64,000 nt of DNA from Candidatus Nitrosotenuis sp. (GTDB lineage: Archaea; Thermoproteota; Nitrososphaeria; Nitrososphaerales; Nitrosopumilaceae). Under the pieces are notes generated by a model. The model was not told the origin of the DNA. It searched no databases and was given only the letters and a program-made list of their open reading frames with translations. The stretch covers positions 7,817 through 71,816 of the forward strand of contig JBQTIZ010000003.1 in assembly GCA_052387615.1 (NCBI GenBank), in the 5' to 3' direction. A program made the position numbers and the translations under genes. Positions 20,108 through 29,872 of the stretch are shown here, in pieces. Position 1 is the first letter of the stretch, and every line of letters begins with the position of its first letter.

Positions 20108-20755
20108 ATGATGGGCGATAAGGACTATAAGCAAACTATCAATAGCGCAATAGATATCCTAACAAAAGAAACAGTACCCCAGATTTTAAATCCTAATGAC
20201 AGCAAGGTGGTGTTCTTGCACGAAGTAACAAGATGCATGAGAAGGTCATATTTTGATAGATTTGACGCCATGGATCCAGTAGGCAGAGACTTTGCTGGTA
20301 TTTTGGGCGGTCTGATAAGAAAGCTTCCCTATGGCTCAAAACTTGGCGAATTTGCAGTTGAGGAGATAAAGCTGAATGGCCAAGCAGACATGATAGTAGA
20401 CGACATCGTAATTGTTTTCAAGACAGTAAATGACTTACCTGAGAATCCAGCTGCCGCTGATATTTTGTATTTGAATGGTTGTATGTGGATCTTTAATAAA
20501 ACTGAAGGAGTCATTGTATACCTTACAGGGGATGGAGAAGAGACATCATTTGCGCTAACTCGTGAAAAGAAAATGTTTGAAGAAACGATTCGCCGTGTTC
20601 GAGTATTTTCTAATTTGATTTCGGATAAAAAGACTCCAATCCTGGAACCATCATCAGAGTGTGCAAGCTGCCAGTACTATGAGCGATGCTACATCAAAAA
20701 GCATGATGGAAAACAAATAACCATAACAGAACTGTTTGGTGTTAAAAAGAAGTAA
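20108..20755 (+). CDS. Cas4-like / RecB-family PD-(D/E)XK protein with 4-Cys cluster (stand-alone)
   Basis: N-terminal 'CMRRSYFD' plus C-terminal 'CASCQYYERC' (C-x2-C-x5-C) is the Cas4/DUF83 FeS arrangement. 'GQADMIV' fits motif II, but the expected E-x-K reads 'VFK'. Confidence 0.45.
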   Translation: MMGDKDYKQTINSAIDILTKETVPQILNPNDSKVVFLHEVTRCMRRSYFDRFDAMDPVGRDFAGILGGLIRKLPYGSKLGEFAVEEIKLNGQADMIVDDIVIVFKTVNDLPENPAAADILYLNGCMWIFNKTEGVIVYLTGDGEETSFALTREKKMFEETIRRVRVFSNLISDKKTPILEPSSECASCQYYERCYIKKHDGKQITITELFGVKKK

Positions 20756-20770
20756 AAAGATCCCTAGATC

Positions 20771-20881
20771 TTATTCTAGTGATTCTTTGTGTCCTTTGCC
20801 GCGAAGTGCGAATAATACTACTGCGAAGGCAATGAAGACACCTATTGCTGAGCACTATGCTGCTAGACCTGCTTCTGCCAT
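20771..20881 (-). pseudogene. Small TM peptide ORF interrupted by an in-frame TAG
   Basis: Hand translation gives 'MAEAGLAA*CSAIGVFIAFAVVLFALRGKGHKESLE*' (TAG at 20855-20857). One TM helix plus a basic tail. Confidence 0.25.
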
Positions 20882-21273
20882 TTGTTAATATCCTAAGCTC
20901 AAATCTTATATAATTTTTCCAAAATTTTCCTCATATATACAAAATATCATAATTTTATTATTTTATGATACTATTCGCATTTCCTTTAGTATTTTCACTT
21001 CTGGGCATTTCTGCATCCATCTAGCCAATGAATGATTTTTGTAGATTGGGAAATTTTTCATTGATTGACTGTACATGTCTTGCAAAAAGAATTCATATCA
21101 TTAGATCGATGACAAGCAAATAATCTGACTTTTGTAGGTTGTCGGTATCATGTGAATCTGTAAATTGTTGCTCTCGTACACTGACACGTATCAGATTATC
21201 AGATATGATCTTGACATTAGCCGAAAAATTGCCGGAAAACGATGCTAAGAATATTAGTTTGAGTTAAACGATT

Positions 21274-21858
21274 CTATGGAGTAAACTCAAATGGCACAAT
21301 ATTTTCGTGCCCTGCAGTCATGGAACTCAGATTAAAGCTGGCCTCGCCCCTGACTTTCCAGCTTACTGCGCCATTTGATAGTGCTGACCAAAACTCTGGA
21401 TCATTTCCTGTATTTTTTATTGTGACAGTTTCGCCAATGATTTGTGGATTGTTGCTAAGAATTGTGTAATAGTTAGAGCTTTCAATTGCACCTTCTGGGC
21501 GATCGCCAATTTGGGCAATAAGCACTCGACTATCGCCAGAATATAATTCGTATTTAACTAACTGCAGTATTACTGATTTAAAGTTTGGATTTGTTATTTT
21601 AAAATCAACCTTAATTTGTGCTTCTTCATTTGTAACAGAAAGAATCTCAAATCTACCAAGCTCCACTTGGATTGGCAATACTTTGATTGGATCAGGTGAG
21701 ATCTTGCCTAGGCCCCCTTGTGAGACATCATTGAGAATTTGTGAGCCTGACAAGGCAACAACGCCTATTGCACCTCCTAAAATACCAATAATTATTCCAA
21801 GCAAAACTTTGGAGTTCAACAGTAAAATTTCAAAATTCTGTGTCATAAATGTTAGCAA
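21274..21858 (-). CDS. Membrane-anchored hypothetical protein (N-terminal TM, beta-rich ectodomain)
   Basis: 194 aa with the TM segment 'LLGIIIGILGGAIGVVAL'. No motif recognised with confidence. Confidence 0.4.
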   Translation of the reverse strand: MLTFMTQNFEILLLNSKVLLGIIIGILGGAIGVVALSGSQILNDVSQGGLGKISPDPIKVLPIQVELGRFEILSVTNEEAQIKVDFKITNPNFKSVILQLVKYELYSGDSRVLIAQIGDRPEGAIESSNYYTILSNNPQIIGETVTIKNTGNDPEFWSALSNGAVSWKVRGEASFNLSSMTAGHENIVPFEFTP

Positions 21859-21888
21859 TTAAATCTGCATTATTATCACCAGAACATA

Positions 21889-22239
21889 ATGCAGTATTTC
21901 CAAGCAGTAAGAATTGGAAAAGAGCGGGCAAGTAAATCCCAGATGATTCTTTTCAATCTAGGGGGGTTTGCAATGCTTACACTAACTACTAAAAAGAAGG
22001 ACGGGCAGTTTTTTCCAATTGGTGAGGAAGATTTGGTTGCGATAATTCGTACTGCAGATGGCTATGTCACCATACTAGTTGATGCAGAAGGATATACAAA
22101 GGCGCAATCAAAGCCACTTGAAAAAGATTCTGCCTTTGAGATTTTCAAAAAGGCAAAAGATTCTGGGATTGCAGAATATTCAGGAAACAAAGTAGAGATC
22201 TGGACAGAGCAATACCCGACTGTTCAAAAAGAGCTATAG
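21889..22239 (+). CDS. Hypothetical protein
   Basis: 116-aa ORF; the start is uncertain (internal Met at residues 19 and 29). Confidence 0.35.
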   Translation: MQYFQAVRIGKERASKSQMILFNLGGFAMLTLTTKKKDGQFFPIGEEDLVAIIRTADGYVTILVDAEGYTKAQSKPLEKDSAFEIFKKAKDSGIAEYSGNKVEIWTEQYPTVQKEL

Positions 22240-22911
22240 TATAATCTCTGTTCCAACAGCTTGGCCCTTGATTGCCTTTTCTATGGTTGAGATGTCTGCC
22301 TTGATAATGCGAGTCTTGATTTTAGAGCGCTCTATTACCTTCAGAGCTACAATATCCATCAAGTCGTAGCCTCCGGCAATAGAATCTTCTCTTACTAGGA
22401 GACTGCGGAGATTTTTTAGCTCAATTCGCTTGAATTTTTTTGCCTTTGGGTTTTTGTTTGGATCAGAATCATATATTCCATCAACGTCTGTTGCATTAAG
22501 AAATTCTGATGCCTGAGTTTTTTCTGCAATCAGTGCTGCAGTTCCGTTTGTGCTCTGTCCTGGATGTAGTCCTCCGGCAACCACAATTAGTCCAGAATCT
22601 ACTGCGTGTCTGGTTTCAGTTAGTGTGGTTGGGGGATGTGGGTATGCCTTGTTGCCCAGTGCGTAAATGAGGAGTCTGGCATTTAGCCTCGATACTTCAA
22701 TTCCAAGCTCATCCAGTGTTGATTCGTCTGCGCCGGACGATCTTGCATGAGTAATGTAATGTCGCGCAATTTTTCCGCCGCCTGCAATAACTATTGGTTG
22801 GCAGATCTTGCTTATTTTAACTAGAAATGTGGCATAATCTTTTAAGAGTTTTTCATTGTTGTCCATCCCAAAGATTTTGCCAGACAGTTTTAGGACAATT
22901 CTTTTTTTCAT
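22234..22911 (-). CDS. pyrH: Uridylate (UMP) kinase, archaeal type
   Basis: '[12 protein letters not shown]' amino-acid-kinase N-terminus and 'VIAGGG'. Start taken at 'MKKRIV' (22911); the ORF track extends to 22947. Confidence 0.85.
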   Translation of the reverse strand: MKKRIVLKLSGKIFGMDNNEKLLKDYATFLVKISKICQPIVIAGGGKIARHYITHARSSGADESTLDELGIEVSRLNARLLIYALGNKAYPHPPTTLTETRHAVDSGLIVVAGGLHPGQSTNGTAALIAEKTQASEFLNATDVDGIYDSDPNKNPKAKKFKRIELKNLRSLLVREDSIAGGYDLMDIVALKVIERSKIKTRIIKADISTIEKAIKGQAVGTEIIL

Positions 22912-22915
22912 TGTA

Positions 22916-24127
22916 TCAACCAAGGATCGATTTTGCTGCCATTTCAACTTTTTTTCTGTTGTTTTGTGAAGTATAGACTCTCAAGATATTCATGGATTCT
23001 GCCATGGACGATACTACTGGTATTTTTGAGAATGGGATTTCCGTGGGGGTTTTAGAACCAGTTACTAACGTGATTGATTTTGTTTTTTCCTTGGCAGGAG
23101 TCAGGGGAACTGAAAATGTGCCAGATGTATCTACAAAGATCTCATCTTTGTCTAGCTTTGATTTTTTTGCGAGATTTACTCGTATTTGCTCTGATTTGTC
23201 GGATTTTTGTGTCATAATTTTTTCATAGACGCATTTGAGCAATCTTCGGTTTTGATAGTCAGTCGCAAATTTCTTTGCGCGTTTCTGCTCTTTGGTATGA
23301 TCTGGCAATGCAAGAATTTGTGATACTACGAATTCGTCTGTTAGTTTGGTATAGTTTTCCAAATTCAGCTCGGTAAATCCGCAATCTTCGTCTGCTAGTC
23401 TGATCGATTCTAACATCATAACCTCGGCTGAACGGACTGTTTTGTGGAAATAAACCGCCTTGAACATTTGGTATCTTGATAGGATCATGGACTCGAAGGA
23501 ATACAGTGCCGATTTTTTTAATGCTAGTTTAGTTTTGTATACATCCAAAGATTGAATGATTCTTTTGTGGTCTATTTTTGCGTGCTCTGCGCCTGTGAAA
23601 TATCCGTCTCGCTGCAGATAATCCATCATGTCTGCAGAAAGTGAACCAGAGATGATTTCATTGACAAAACGATATTTTGGGTAGCCGAAGGCAAGCTTTG
23701 TTATGTGTTTTTTGTCAAATCCTGATTTGGATAAAATGTCGCCGATTTCGGATTCAAGGATGATTTTTTTTCCAATTTCTTCGTGCGAGACTTTCTTTTT
23801 TATTTGTAATACTTCCTCAAACAGATGTGAAAGGGGGCCATGGCCTACATCATGAAGTAGTGCGGCAAGTCTGATTTCCTGAATTTGATCTGTTTTTAGA
23901 AATCCTTTTTCTTTTAGTGCTACTGCGGCTTGGCTTGCAATATGCATTACACCCAATGAGTGTTCAAATCTAGAGTGTTGGGCCGATGGATAAGTAAGAT
24001 GTGCGCCAGACAATTGTCGTATTCTGCGCAATCTTTGAAAGATTGGTGAATCGATTATCTTAAGTTCGGTGTCATAGACTCTGATGAAATCATGAATTGG
24101 ATCTACAATGTCTAAGAATTGCTTCAT
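22916..24127 (-). CDS. HD-domain phosphohydrolase (SAMHD1/dGTPase-like, COG1078-type)
   Basis: '[10 protein letters not shown]' plus '[12 protein letters not shown]' H...HD motif; 403 aa. ATGA overlap with tmk. Confidence 0.85.
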   Translation of the reverse strand: MKQFLDIVDPIHDFIRVYDTELKIIDSPIFQRLRRIRQLSGAHLTYPSAQHSRFEHSLGVMHIASQAAVALKEKGFLKTDQIQEIRLAALLHDVGHGPLSHLFEEVLQIKKKVSHEEIGKKIILESEIGDILSKSGFDKKHITKLAFGYPKYRFVNEIISGSLSADMMDYLQRDGYFTGAEHAKIDHKRIIQSLDVYKTKLALKKSALYSFESMILSRYQMFKAVYFHKTVRSAEVMMLESIRLADEDCGFTELNLENYTKLTDEFVVSQILALPDHTKEQKRAKKFATDYQNRRLLKCVYEKIMTQKSDKSEQIRVNLAKKSKLDKDEIFVDTSGTFSVPLTPAKEKTKSITLVTGSKTPTEIPFSKIPVVSSMAESMNILRVYTSQNNRKKVEMAAKSILG

Positions 24128-24708
24128 AGCCTTGCAAGCTTTATTGATAAAATTTTCATAATGTCTTGGTGAACTGCTTCTTTTGATTGCGATGCATTAA
24201 CTAGATGCCAGTGATATTTTTTTGCCAGTTTTCTGTATGTCGTTGTTATAGTTTTGAGAAATTGTGCGTTTTTTTCAAATTTATCACGGTTTGATTTTTT
24301 GCGGGAGAATGATTCTTTTTGCGAGACATCTAGGACTAGTACTAGGTCTGCTTTTGGCAAGCCTGCGTCCAGACCTTCAAGCCAAGACAAGGACATGCCG
24401 TTTGCAACACCATACACTAGATTTGACTGATAGTATCTATTCATTATGAGGACGGAATTTTCTGCTTGTGCTAATTTGATGTCTTGTGCCTTTTCCCACC
24501 TGTTTGCAGCCAATAGACAGTGAATTACCTGTGATGGAAACTTTCTTTTCCCACGTAGAAAACGATTGATTTCTTTGCCAAGTGGCGTGGTGTAATCTGG
24601 AAAGCTAAAGATCTTTGTTTTGATTTTACTTTTTTTAAGGGTTTGAGCCAATAAGGTAGTTTGGGTTTTTTTCCCAGCCTGATCATTTCCCTCAATTACA
24701 ATAATCAT
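24124..24708 (-). CDS. tmk: Thymidylate kinase
   Basis: P-loop 'IEGNDQAGKKTQ'; 194 aa. Confidence 0.85.
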   Translation of the reverse strand: MIIVIEGNDQAGKKTQTTLLAQTLKKSKIKTKIFSFPDYTTPLGKEINRFLRGKRKFPSQVIHCLLAANRWEKAQDIKLAQAENSVLIMNRYYQSNLVYGVANGMSLSWLEGLDAGLPKADLVLVLDVSQKESFSRKKSNRDKFEKNAQFLKTITTTYRKLAKKYHWHLVNASQSKEAVHQDIMKILSIKLARL

Positions 24709-24752
24709 TTGGAATTGATTTGAATTGCAGTGATTAAAAATCTATCATAAAT

Positions 24753-25205
24753 TCAAAAATAAAGAGGAGATGAATTACGAGACTTTACTTTGATTACAAC
24801 GTCTTGGTCTTCGATTTTTGCAAGATACACTTGTCCTAGTGATGCTCCAGAGATTGCTTTGGTGTTGACAGATGTGAATTTTTGATCCAGCGCACCTAGA
24901 TCTTTTTCAATAATTGGTTTGATTTTATCAAACGATTCTGCTGGGACATCGTCCTGAAGTTTTGAAAGCTCTTCCAGATATGGTTGAGGCAGAATATCAG
25001 CCCTCGATGAAAGCCACTGCCCTAGCTTGATGTAGACTGGGCCTAGCGAGACAAATGTGTTTAAAACTTTGTTTGCATTTTTTTGAAAACGTGTAACATC
25101 GAGATTTTTTCCCTCAGATCTCACCCAAGCCTTTCTATCTCTGCGTAATGCAATGATTAGAGGAATCAGCCTTATCAAAACACGGATTGTTCTATATGTG
25201 CTCAT
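24753..25205 (-). pseudogene. N-terminal fragment of an ABC1/UbiB-family atypical kinase
   Basis: 'GPVYIKLGQWLSSRADILPQPYLEELSKLQDDVP' and 'ISGASLGQVYLAKI...VVIKV' are the ABC1 N-terminal motifs. The ORF stops 10 codons after the VxxK lysine at 150 aa. My recollection is that full-length family members are several hundred residues. Confidence 0.6.
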
Positions 25206-25207
25206 GA

Positions 25208-25600
25208 TTATTGTCCTTTGGCCTTTTTTGCTAGCTTGTATCCAACATATCCAATTGCTATAGATGAAACTAGGCCCGCAGCTGCTGCAACTTGCTTGTC
25301 TTTTTTTGTCTTTTTGCTTTTTTTGTAAACATATGATGCAACTTTTGCGCCGCCAATTGCTCCACTTGCTAGGCCAACCAGAACTTCTTGCGCATCATGG
25401 ACTAGGTGTCCTAGCGGATCATCATGGGGATTTACCCTGTCCATATGGACTAGATACTTGTCATCGTATTCTCTAATGTGCAGATTTCCATAGCGGAATT
25501 GTCTTAATGCGCCATTTTTGTGGCCAAGCTTTGTTTCTTGTGCGTTATCCAGCATGAATGGCCGCAATTCTTTGGGAATTTCGATTTCATCCCATGTCAT
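25208..25600 (-). CDS. Hypothetical protein with C-terminal membrane segments
   Basis: 130 aa, with the Gly/Ala-rich hydrophobic stretches 'VLVGLASGAIGGAKVA' and 'AAAAGLVSSIAIGYVGY'. Confidence 0.4.
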   Translation of the reverse strand: MTWDEIEIPKELRPFMLDNAQETKLGHKNGALRQFRYGNLHIREYDDKYLVHMDRVNPHDDPLGHLVHDAQEVLVGLASGAIGGAKVASYVYKKSKKTKKDKQVAAAAGLVSSIAIGYVGYKLAKKAKGQ

Positions 25601-25630
25601 GGACTAAAAATGATGATTTGATTAATAATT

Positions 25631-26938
25631 CTAGTGGGTTTCGCTTTCAGCCCGTTCTGCTTTTTTCTTTTTTATTTTCTTGTAAATAATAAAACCTGTG
25701 ATTGCAGCTATCGCAATGCCAATGATTCCAGGCGCGAGATCAGCTACTGTGGGTTCTGGCTTTTTGGTGGTGTCTTTGAGAGTTACCGTTGCTATCTCTG
25801 AAACTAGGTGTTCCTCTCGCAGATCATCTTTGTATCGTACGGTTACCTTGACTTTGTGATCTCCATATTTTGACTCGCCATCAAACTCTACTGGGATGTT
25901 AAACGGCACTGGTGAGTCTGTTTCCAGCTCATCAATAAACTGGGTTACCTTTTTGATATTAGAGCCTTCAAGTGGCTCTAATGAAACGAATGCAAAAAGT
26001 GCATTTGTGTTTCCTTCGTTGATTATTTCACCAATAATAGTCTGTGTTCCAGATAGTTCTATTACTCTAATGTCATAGATTTTTGCATCAATTAGGCCAT
26101 TAATGTAAAAGTCTACTGTTCTTGTGTCTTCAACTTTATTTCCATGGCCATCGAAATATGAGATTTGTAGAGGAGTGTGAAGCGTTTCACTACGGATATT
26201 TTCTGGAATAAATACATTAAATGTGAATGATTTTGATGACATTGCAGAGATTGTACCAATATTCCATTCACTCTGATCAAATACGACACTTTCTACATTT
26301 GTGATTGGATTTGCTGTCGCACTGACAGAGGTTTGCGTATTTTGTAAGAGTATTTCGACATTTGATAATGGTGCTGTTCCACTGTTTGTTACTTCTATTG
26401 TTACTGGATTATTCTTTAATGAGGTCAGAAACGGTTCGTTTGTGTTAAGATTCAGGACACTTTTACCAGTTACTTTGAATGTAAAATCAAAGAACATTTG
26501 CCTTGTACCAGATTCACGAAATCTAGAATAATCTACTTTCACAGTTCCAGGATATTCTTGTATAGGATTGTCTTTACTAATGTCAACATAGAAAGTAAGT
26601 GAAAAGTACCTACCACCCAAAACTTCTTGCCCACTGTCTGCATAAACGAGTGAGTTTTTTCCATCTGCTGAGTTGAAACCAAGCGGTAATGATAGCTGAC
26701 CTTTCACTCCAGTAATATCTCCCGAACCAACATTTGCAAATACAACTGTAAATGGGACATTTTTGTCGCCAGGCGTTACCTCAATTTTATTTCCTAATGT
26801 TCCAAAATATGAATTGGTGAATTTGATATCATTAAAAGATCGCTCAAATGGAGAATCTCCTTTGCCTAGCTGAGCGTACGCATCAAGAACTGGTGCAAAT
26901 ACGATCAATGCCAATATGACAAACGCTATAGATTTCAT
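25631..26938 (-). CDS. Secreted, C-terminally anchored surface protein (beta-sandwich repeats) of the ABC operon
   Basis: Signal peptide 'MKSIAFVILALIVFAPVLDAYA' and C-terminal TM plus 'KKIKKKK'. 4-nt overlap with the ABC ATPase gene. Confidence 0.5.
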   Translation of the reverse strand: MKSIAFVILALIVFAPVLDAYAQLGKGDSPFERSFNDIKFTNSYFGTLGNKIEVTPGDKNVPFTVVFANVGSGDITGVKGQLSLPLGFNSADGKNSLVYADSGQEVLGGRYFSLTFYVDISKDNPIQEYPGTVKVDYSRFRESGTRQMFFDFTFKVTGKSVLNLNTNEPFLTSLKNNPVTIEVTNSGTAPLSNVEILLQNTQTSVSATANPITNVESVVFDQSEWNIGTISAMSSKSFTFNVFIPENIRSETLHTPLQISYFDGHGNKVEDTRTVDFYINGLIDAKIYDIRVIELSGTQTIIGEIINEGNTNALFAFVSLEPLEGSNIKKVTQFIDELETDSPVPFNIPVEFDGESKYGDHKVKVTVRYKDDLREEHLVSEIATVTLKDTTKKPEPTVADLAPGIIGIAIAAITGFIIYKKIKKKKAERAESETH

Positions 26939-27645
26939 ATTGTGAGCTCCATTTTTGGTGGTACATCATCGCCTTCAAAGGCGCGTCCGTCCTTTATTGT
27001 GATAATGCGATCAACTTCGCCAAACTGATGTTTGTCATGGGTTACTATGACAAATGTTTGGTTTAGCTTTTTTGCCATTGATTTCATTAATTGTACTGTT
27101 GTTTCTGCGGTAACAGAGTCCAAGTTTCCAGTTGGCTCGTCAGCTAAAACTATTGTTGGCTTGTTAATCAAACCGCGTGCAATTGCCGCCCTTTGTGCTT
27201 GACCACCTGAGACCTTGTTTGCCCGCTTGTGCATTTGGCTTTCTAATCCCACTGCTCTTAGCAATTCAATTGCTTGTTTTTGCGCATTTTGATCTGTTCT
27301 CTGGATATTTCTTGGAAGCAAGACATTTTCTAGCACTGTCAGATCTGCCAACAAATTTGAAAATTGGAAAATGAATCCAAGCTTGGAATTTCTGAATGCT
27401 GATATTTTGTTGTCAGAGAGCTTTGTAGTGTTGGTATCGTCAATGAACACTTGGCCGCTAGTTGGCTTGTCAAGCAGGCCGATCATGTTAAGCAATGTGG
27501 ATTTGCCAGAACCCGAGCTTCCAACAATTAGCAGAAACTCTCCGCGTTTTACAGAAAACGATACGTTGTCTAGTGCTTGGACCTTGGTGTCTCCCTGGCC
27601 AAATACCTTGTTGACATTTTTTAATTCTAGTACAAGATCAGACAT
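26935..27645 (-). CDS. ABC transporter ATP-binding protein (MacB/LolD-like)
   Basis: Walker A 'GSSGSGKST', signature 'VSGGQAQR', Walker B 'IVLADEPT'. Start taken at 'MSDLVLELKN' (27645), overlapping the permease stop by 8 nt. Confidence 0.9.
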   Translation of the reverse strand: MSDLVLELKNVNKVFGQGDTKVQALDNVSFSVKRGEFLLIVGSSGSGKSTLLNMIGLLDKPTSGQVFIDDTNTTKLSDNKISAFRNSKLGFIFQFSNLLADLTVLENVLLPRNIQRTDQNAQKQAIELLRAVGLESQMHKRANKVSGGQAQRAAIARGLINKPTIVLADEPTGNLDSVTAETTVQLMKSMAKKLNQTFVIVTHDKHQFGEVDRIITIKDGRAFEGDDVPPKMELTI

Positions 27646-28825
27646 ATCGCATTGCCTCCACTGGTTGCAGCTTGGTTGCCTTGTATGACGGATAAATTGA
27701 CGCAATTACTGCAAGAGCAAACGCCATGATGGCAGTTTGGATTGTTTTTTCCCAATCATAGCTTACCTCAAGCGGAATGCTTCCTGCAAAAGTCATCTTG
27801 GTTTCTTTTGCGTAAAAGGTATAGCCAAGGCCCATTGCCGTGCCTAATCCCGCGCCTAGGGCTCCAATCATCATGCCCTGCACGATGAAAATTATCAAAA
27901 CATCCTTTCTTTTTGCGCCTATTGCACGCATGACGCCAACTTCTCTGGTTTTGCTAGATACCAGCATCATTTGGATGGTAACTACTGCAAACGCAGACGA
28001 CATCATTCCAAAATAGCCAATCATGTTGATCATTGCAATGCCTGATCGAAATCCACTCAATGCTGCCTCTGCCGATTCCTCTATCGTCTCTGCTTTGAAA
28101 TCATCGTTTGGGAATGTTCTCAAGAAAAACTGCTTTACATCATCTGCTTTTTTTGGATCATTTAGCTTTACTAGAATTTCTCCAGTTTCTCCGTCTCTAT
28201 CTAACATGTCGCGCAACGCGTCAATGTGCATTATTACTTCAGAATCTAGGCCTTGGCCTCCAGGCGAAGTTACAATTCCAGCTACAAGAAAACGCCTAAC
28301 TTGATCTTCTCCACGTCTATCGGTAATTTTTAGCTCAAGACTGTCACCTACTCGTATATTGCCAAGATCATTTACAACTCGAGAACCAACAACAACAGAA
28401 TTTCTTGAAAAGACATACTGACCATCGGTTACTGTTTCGTGTGCGGTTGAGACTCGCGGATCGCGGAATGGATCCACGCCGATAACTGGAATCTTAAAGT
28501 CTTCAATCAGCTTGCCGTTTTTGGTGACATTGATTGATGCGGAAGATTGTACCCTCGGTGTTGCGGCCTCCACGTATGGAATTCGCTCAAACCAGTTTAC
28601 CAAAAAAATATCCGATTTTGTGATAAAGCTTTCCTCATCCGTTACCAGGACATCTCCGAATCTGTAGCTTGATAGATCTCTAACTATGGCATCGTATAGC
28701 CCTTGAAATATTACAAAATTTACGTGAATTACCAATATTCCAATTGACACTGCCAAGACTGCGCCAATGAGTGAGCCCTTTTTGTTTGAGAGCATTCTTT
28801 TTGCCAGCTGGACACGATAATCCAT
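27638..28825 (-). CDS. ABC transporter permease, FtsX/MacB-like
   Basis: 395 aa: N-terminal TM, a large extracytoplasmic domain, then three C-terminal TM segments (FtsX-like). Confidence 0.85.
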   Translation of the reverse strand: MDYRVQLAKRMLSNKKGSLIGAVLAVSIGILVIHVNFVIFQGLYDAIVRDLSSYRFGDVLVTDEESFITKSDIFLVNWFERIPYVEAATPRVQSSASINVTKNGKLIEDFKIPVIGVDPFRDPRVSTAHETVTDGQYVFSRNSVVVGSRVVNDLGNIRVGDSLELKITDRRGEDQVRRFLVAGIVTSPGGQGLDSEVIMHIDALRDMLDRDGETGEILVKLNDPKKADDVKQFFLRTFPNDDFKAETIEESAEAALSGFRSGIAMINMIGYFGMMSSAFAVVTIQMMLVSSKTREVGVMRAIGAKRKDVLIIFIVQGMMIGALGAGLGTAMGLGYTFYAKETKMTFAGSIPLEVSYDWEKTIQTAIMAFALAVIASIYPSYKATKLQPVEAMRYV

Positions 28826-28924
28826 GGGATCATAGAATTTAGTCTGATATTTAATGTATTATATGCATAAAACGGTAAAAATAGACATTTTTATCTCAAA
28901 ATAGTATTATTTAATAAGAAACTA

Positions 28925-29845
28925 GTGTCTAACTGTATCAAATTGGACAAATCAGATGTAGAAATTCTGCATGCATTGCTTGATAATTGTAGAGAATCAG
29001 ATAGACAGATAGGCACGAAAATTGGAATTTCTGGCGCCGCAGTAAAAACAAGAATTGAAAAAATGATACAAAATCAGATGATTGAGAGTTTTGCACTCAA
29101 GATAGAGCCGTCTGTTTTGGGCTACAATCTTTTGTATGTTGTAGTGACTGGCCAAAACATTGATGAAATTCTGAAACAAGTCGAATTGGTTGGCGATCCA
29201 TTTCTAGTAGTTCCATGTGTTGGTGGAATCACTGTTTGTGGGATTGTGGTAAAAGAAAATGTTTCACAGAAAATAGAGCTAGCAAAAAACCTGATGAAAA
29301 ACGTTAGACTGTTGTCAATATTTGAGGCAGAAAATCCAGGGATTCGCTCAGATCTTACCAAGACAGACATCGATATAATTGGCCAGCTACTCAGGAATCC
29401 ACGAATAAAAATAGAAGACTTGGCAAAAAAGGCAAGACTGTCTACAAAAACCATTGCCAGATCACTAAAAAAATTACAAAATGATGAGGCAATTCAGTTT
29501 ACGCTAATTTATGATCCAGCAAAATTTGGCCAATACATTCCATTTGCTGTTTTGGTGTGGGTTGATGAAGATCTAAATGAGGCGGTGAAATTGCTCAGAA
29601 AAGAATTTTCAGAGTCATTTTTGCAAAAGCCGTTTTTGGCAAAAAACCAAGTCGTATTGTTTTTGCATAGCAATAATATTTTTGAGCTTGACAATATTAC
29701 GCAGAGAATACGAAATGTTAAAGGCGTTGTATCAGCTGATTTGTTCATTCCAAAAAAGATCAATTTTCCGCAAAAATGGGTCACAAACGCAATCAAGGCA
29801 GCTAAAACTTCGGAAAAGCTGCACCTAGCATACCAGACAAATTAA
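28925..29845 (+). CDS. Tandem (duplicated) Lrp/AsnC-family transcriptional regulator
   Basis: Two consecutive HTH-plus-effector modules, beginning at 'LDKSDVEILHALLDN...' and 'LTKTDIDIIGQLLRN...'; 306 aa. Confidence 0.7.
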   Translation: MSNCIKLDKSDVEILHALLDNCRESDRQIGTKIGISGAAVKTRIEKMIQNQMIESFALKIEPSVLGYNLLYVVVTGQNIDEILKQVELVGDPFLVVPCVGGITVCGIVVKENVSQKIELAKNLMKNVRLLSIFEAENPGIRSDLTKTDIDIIGQLLRNPRIKIEDLAKKARLSTKTIARSLKKLQNDEAIQFTLIYDPAKFGQYIPFAVLVWVDEDLNEAVKLLRKEFSESFLQKPFLAKNQVVLFLHSNNIFELDNITQRIRNVKGVVSADLFIPKKINFPQKWVTNAIKAAKTSEKLHLAYQTN

Positions 29846-29872
29846 AATTCATCTCAATTAGAGAGTCAGAGG

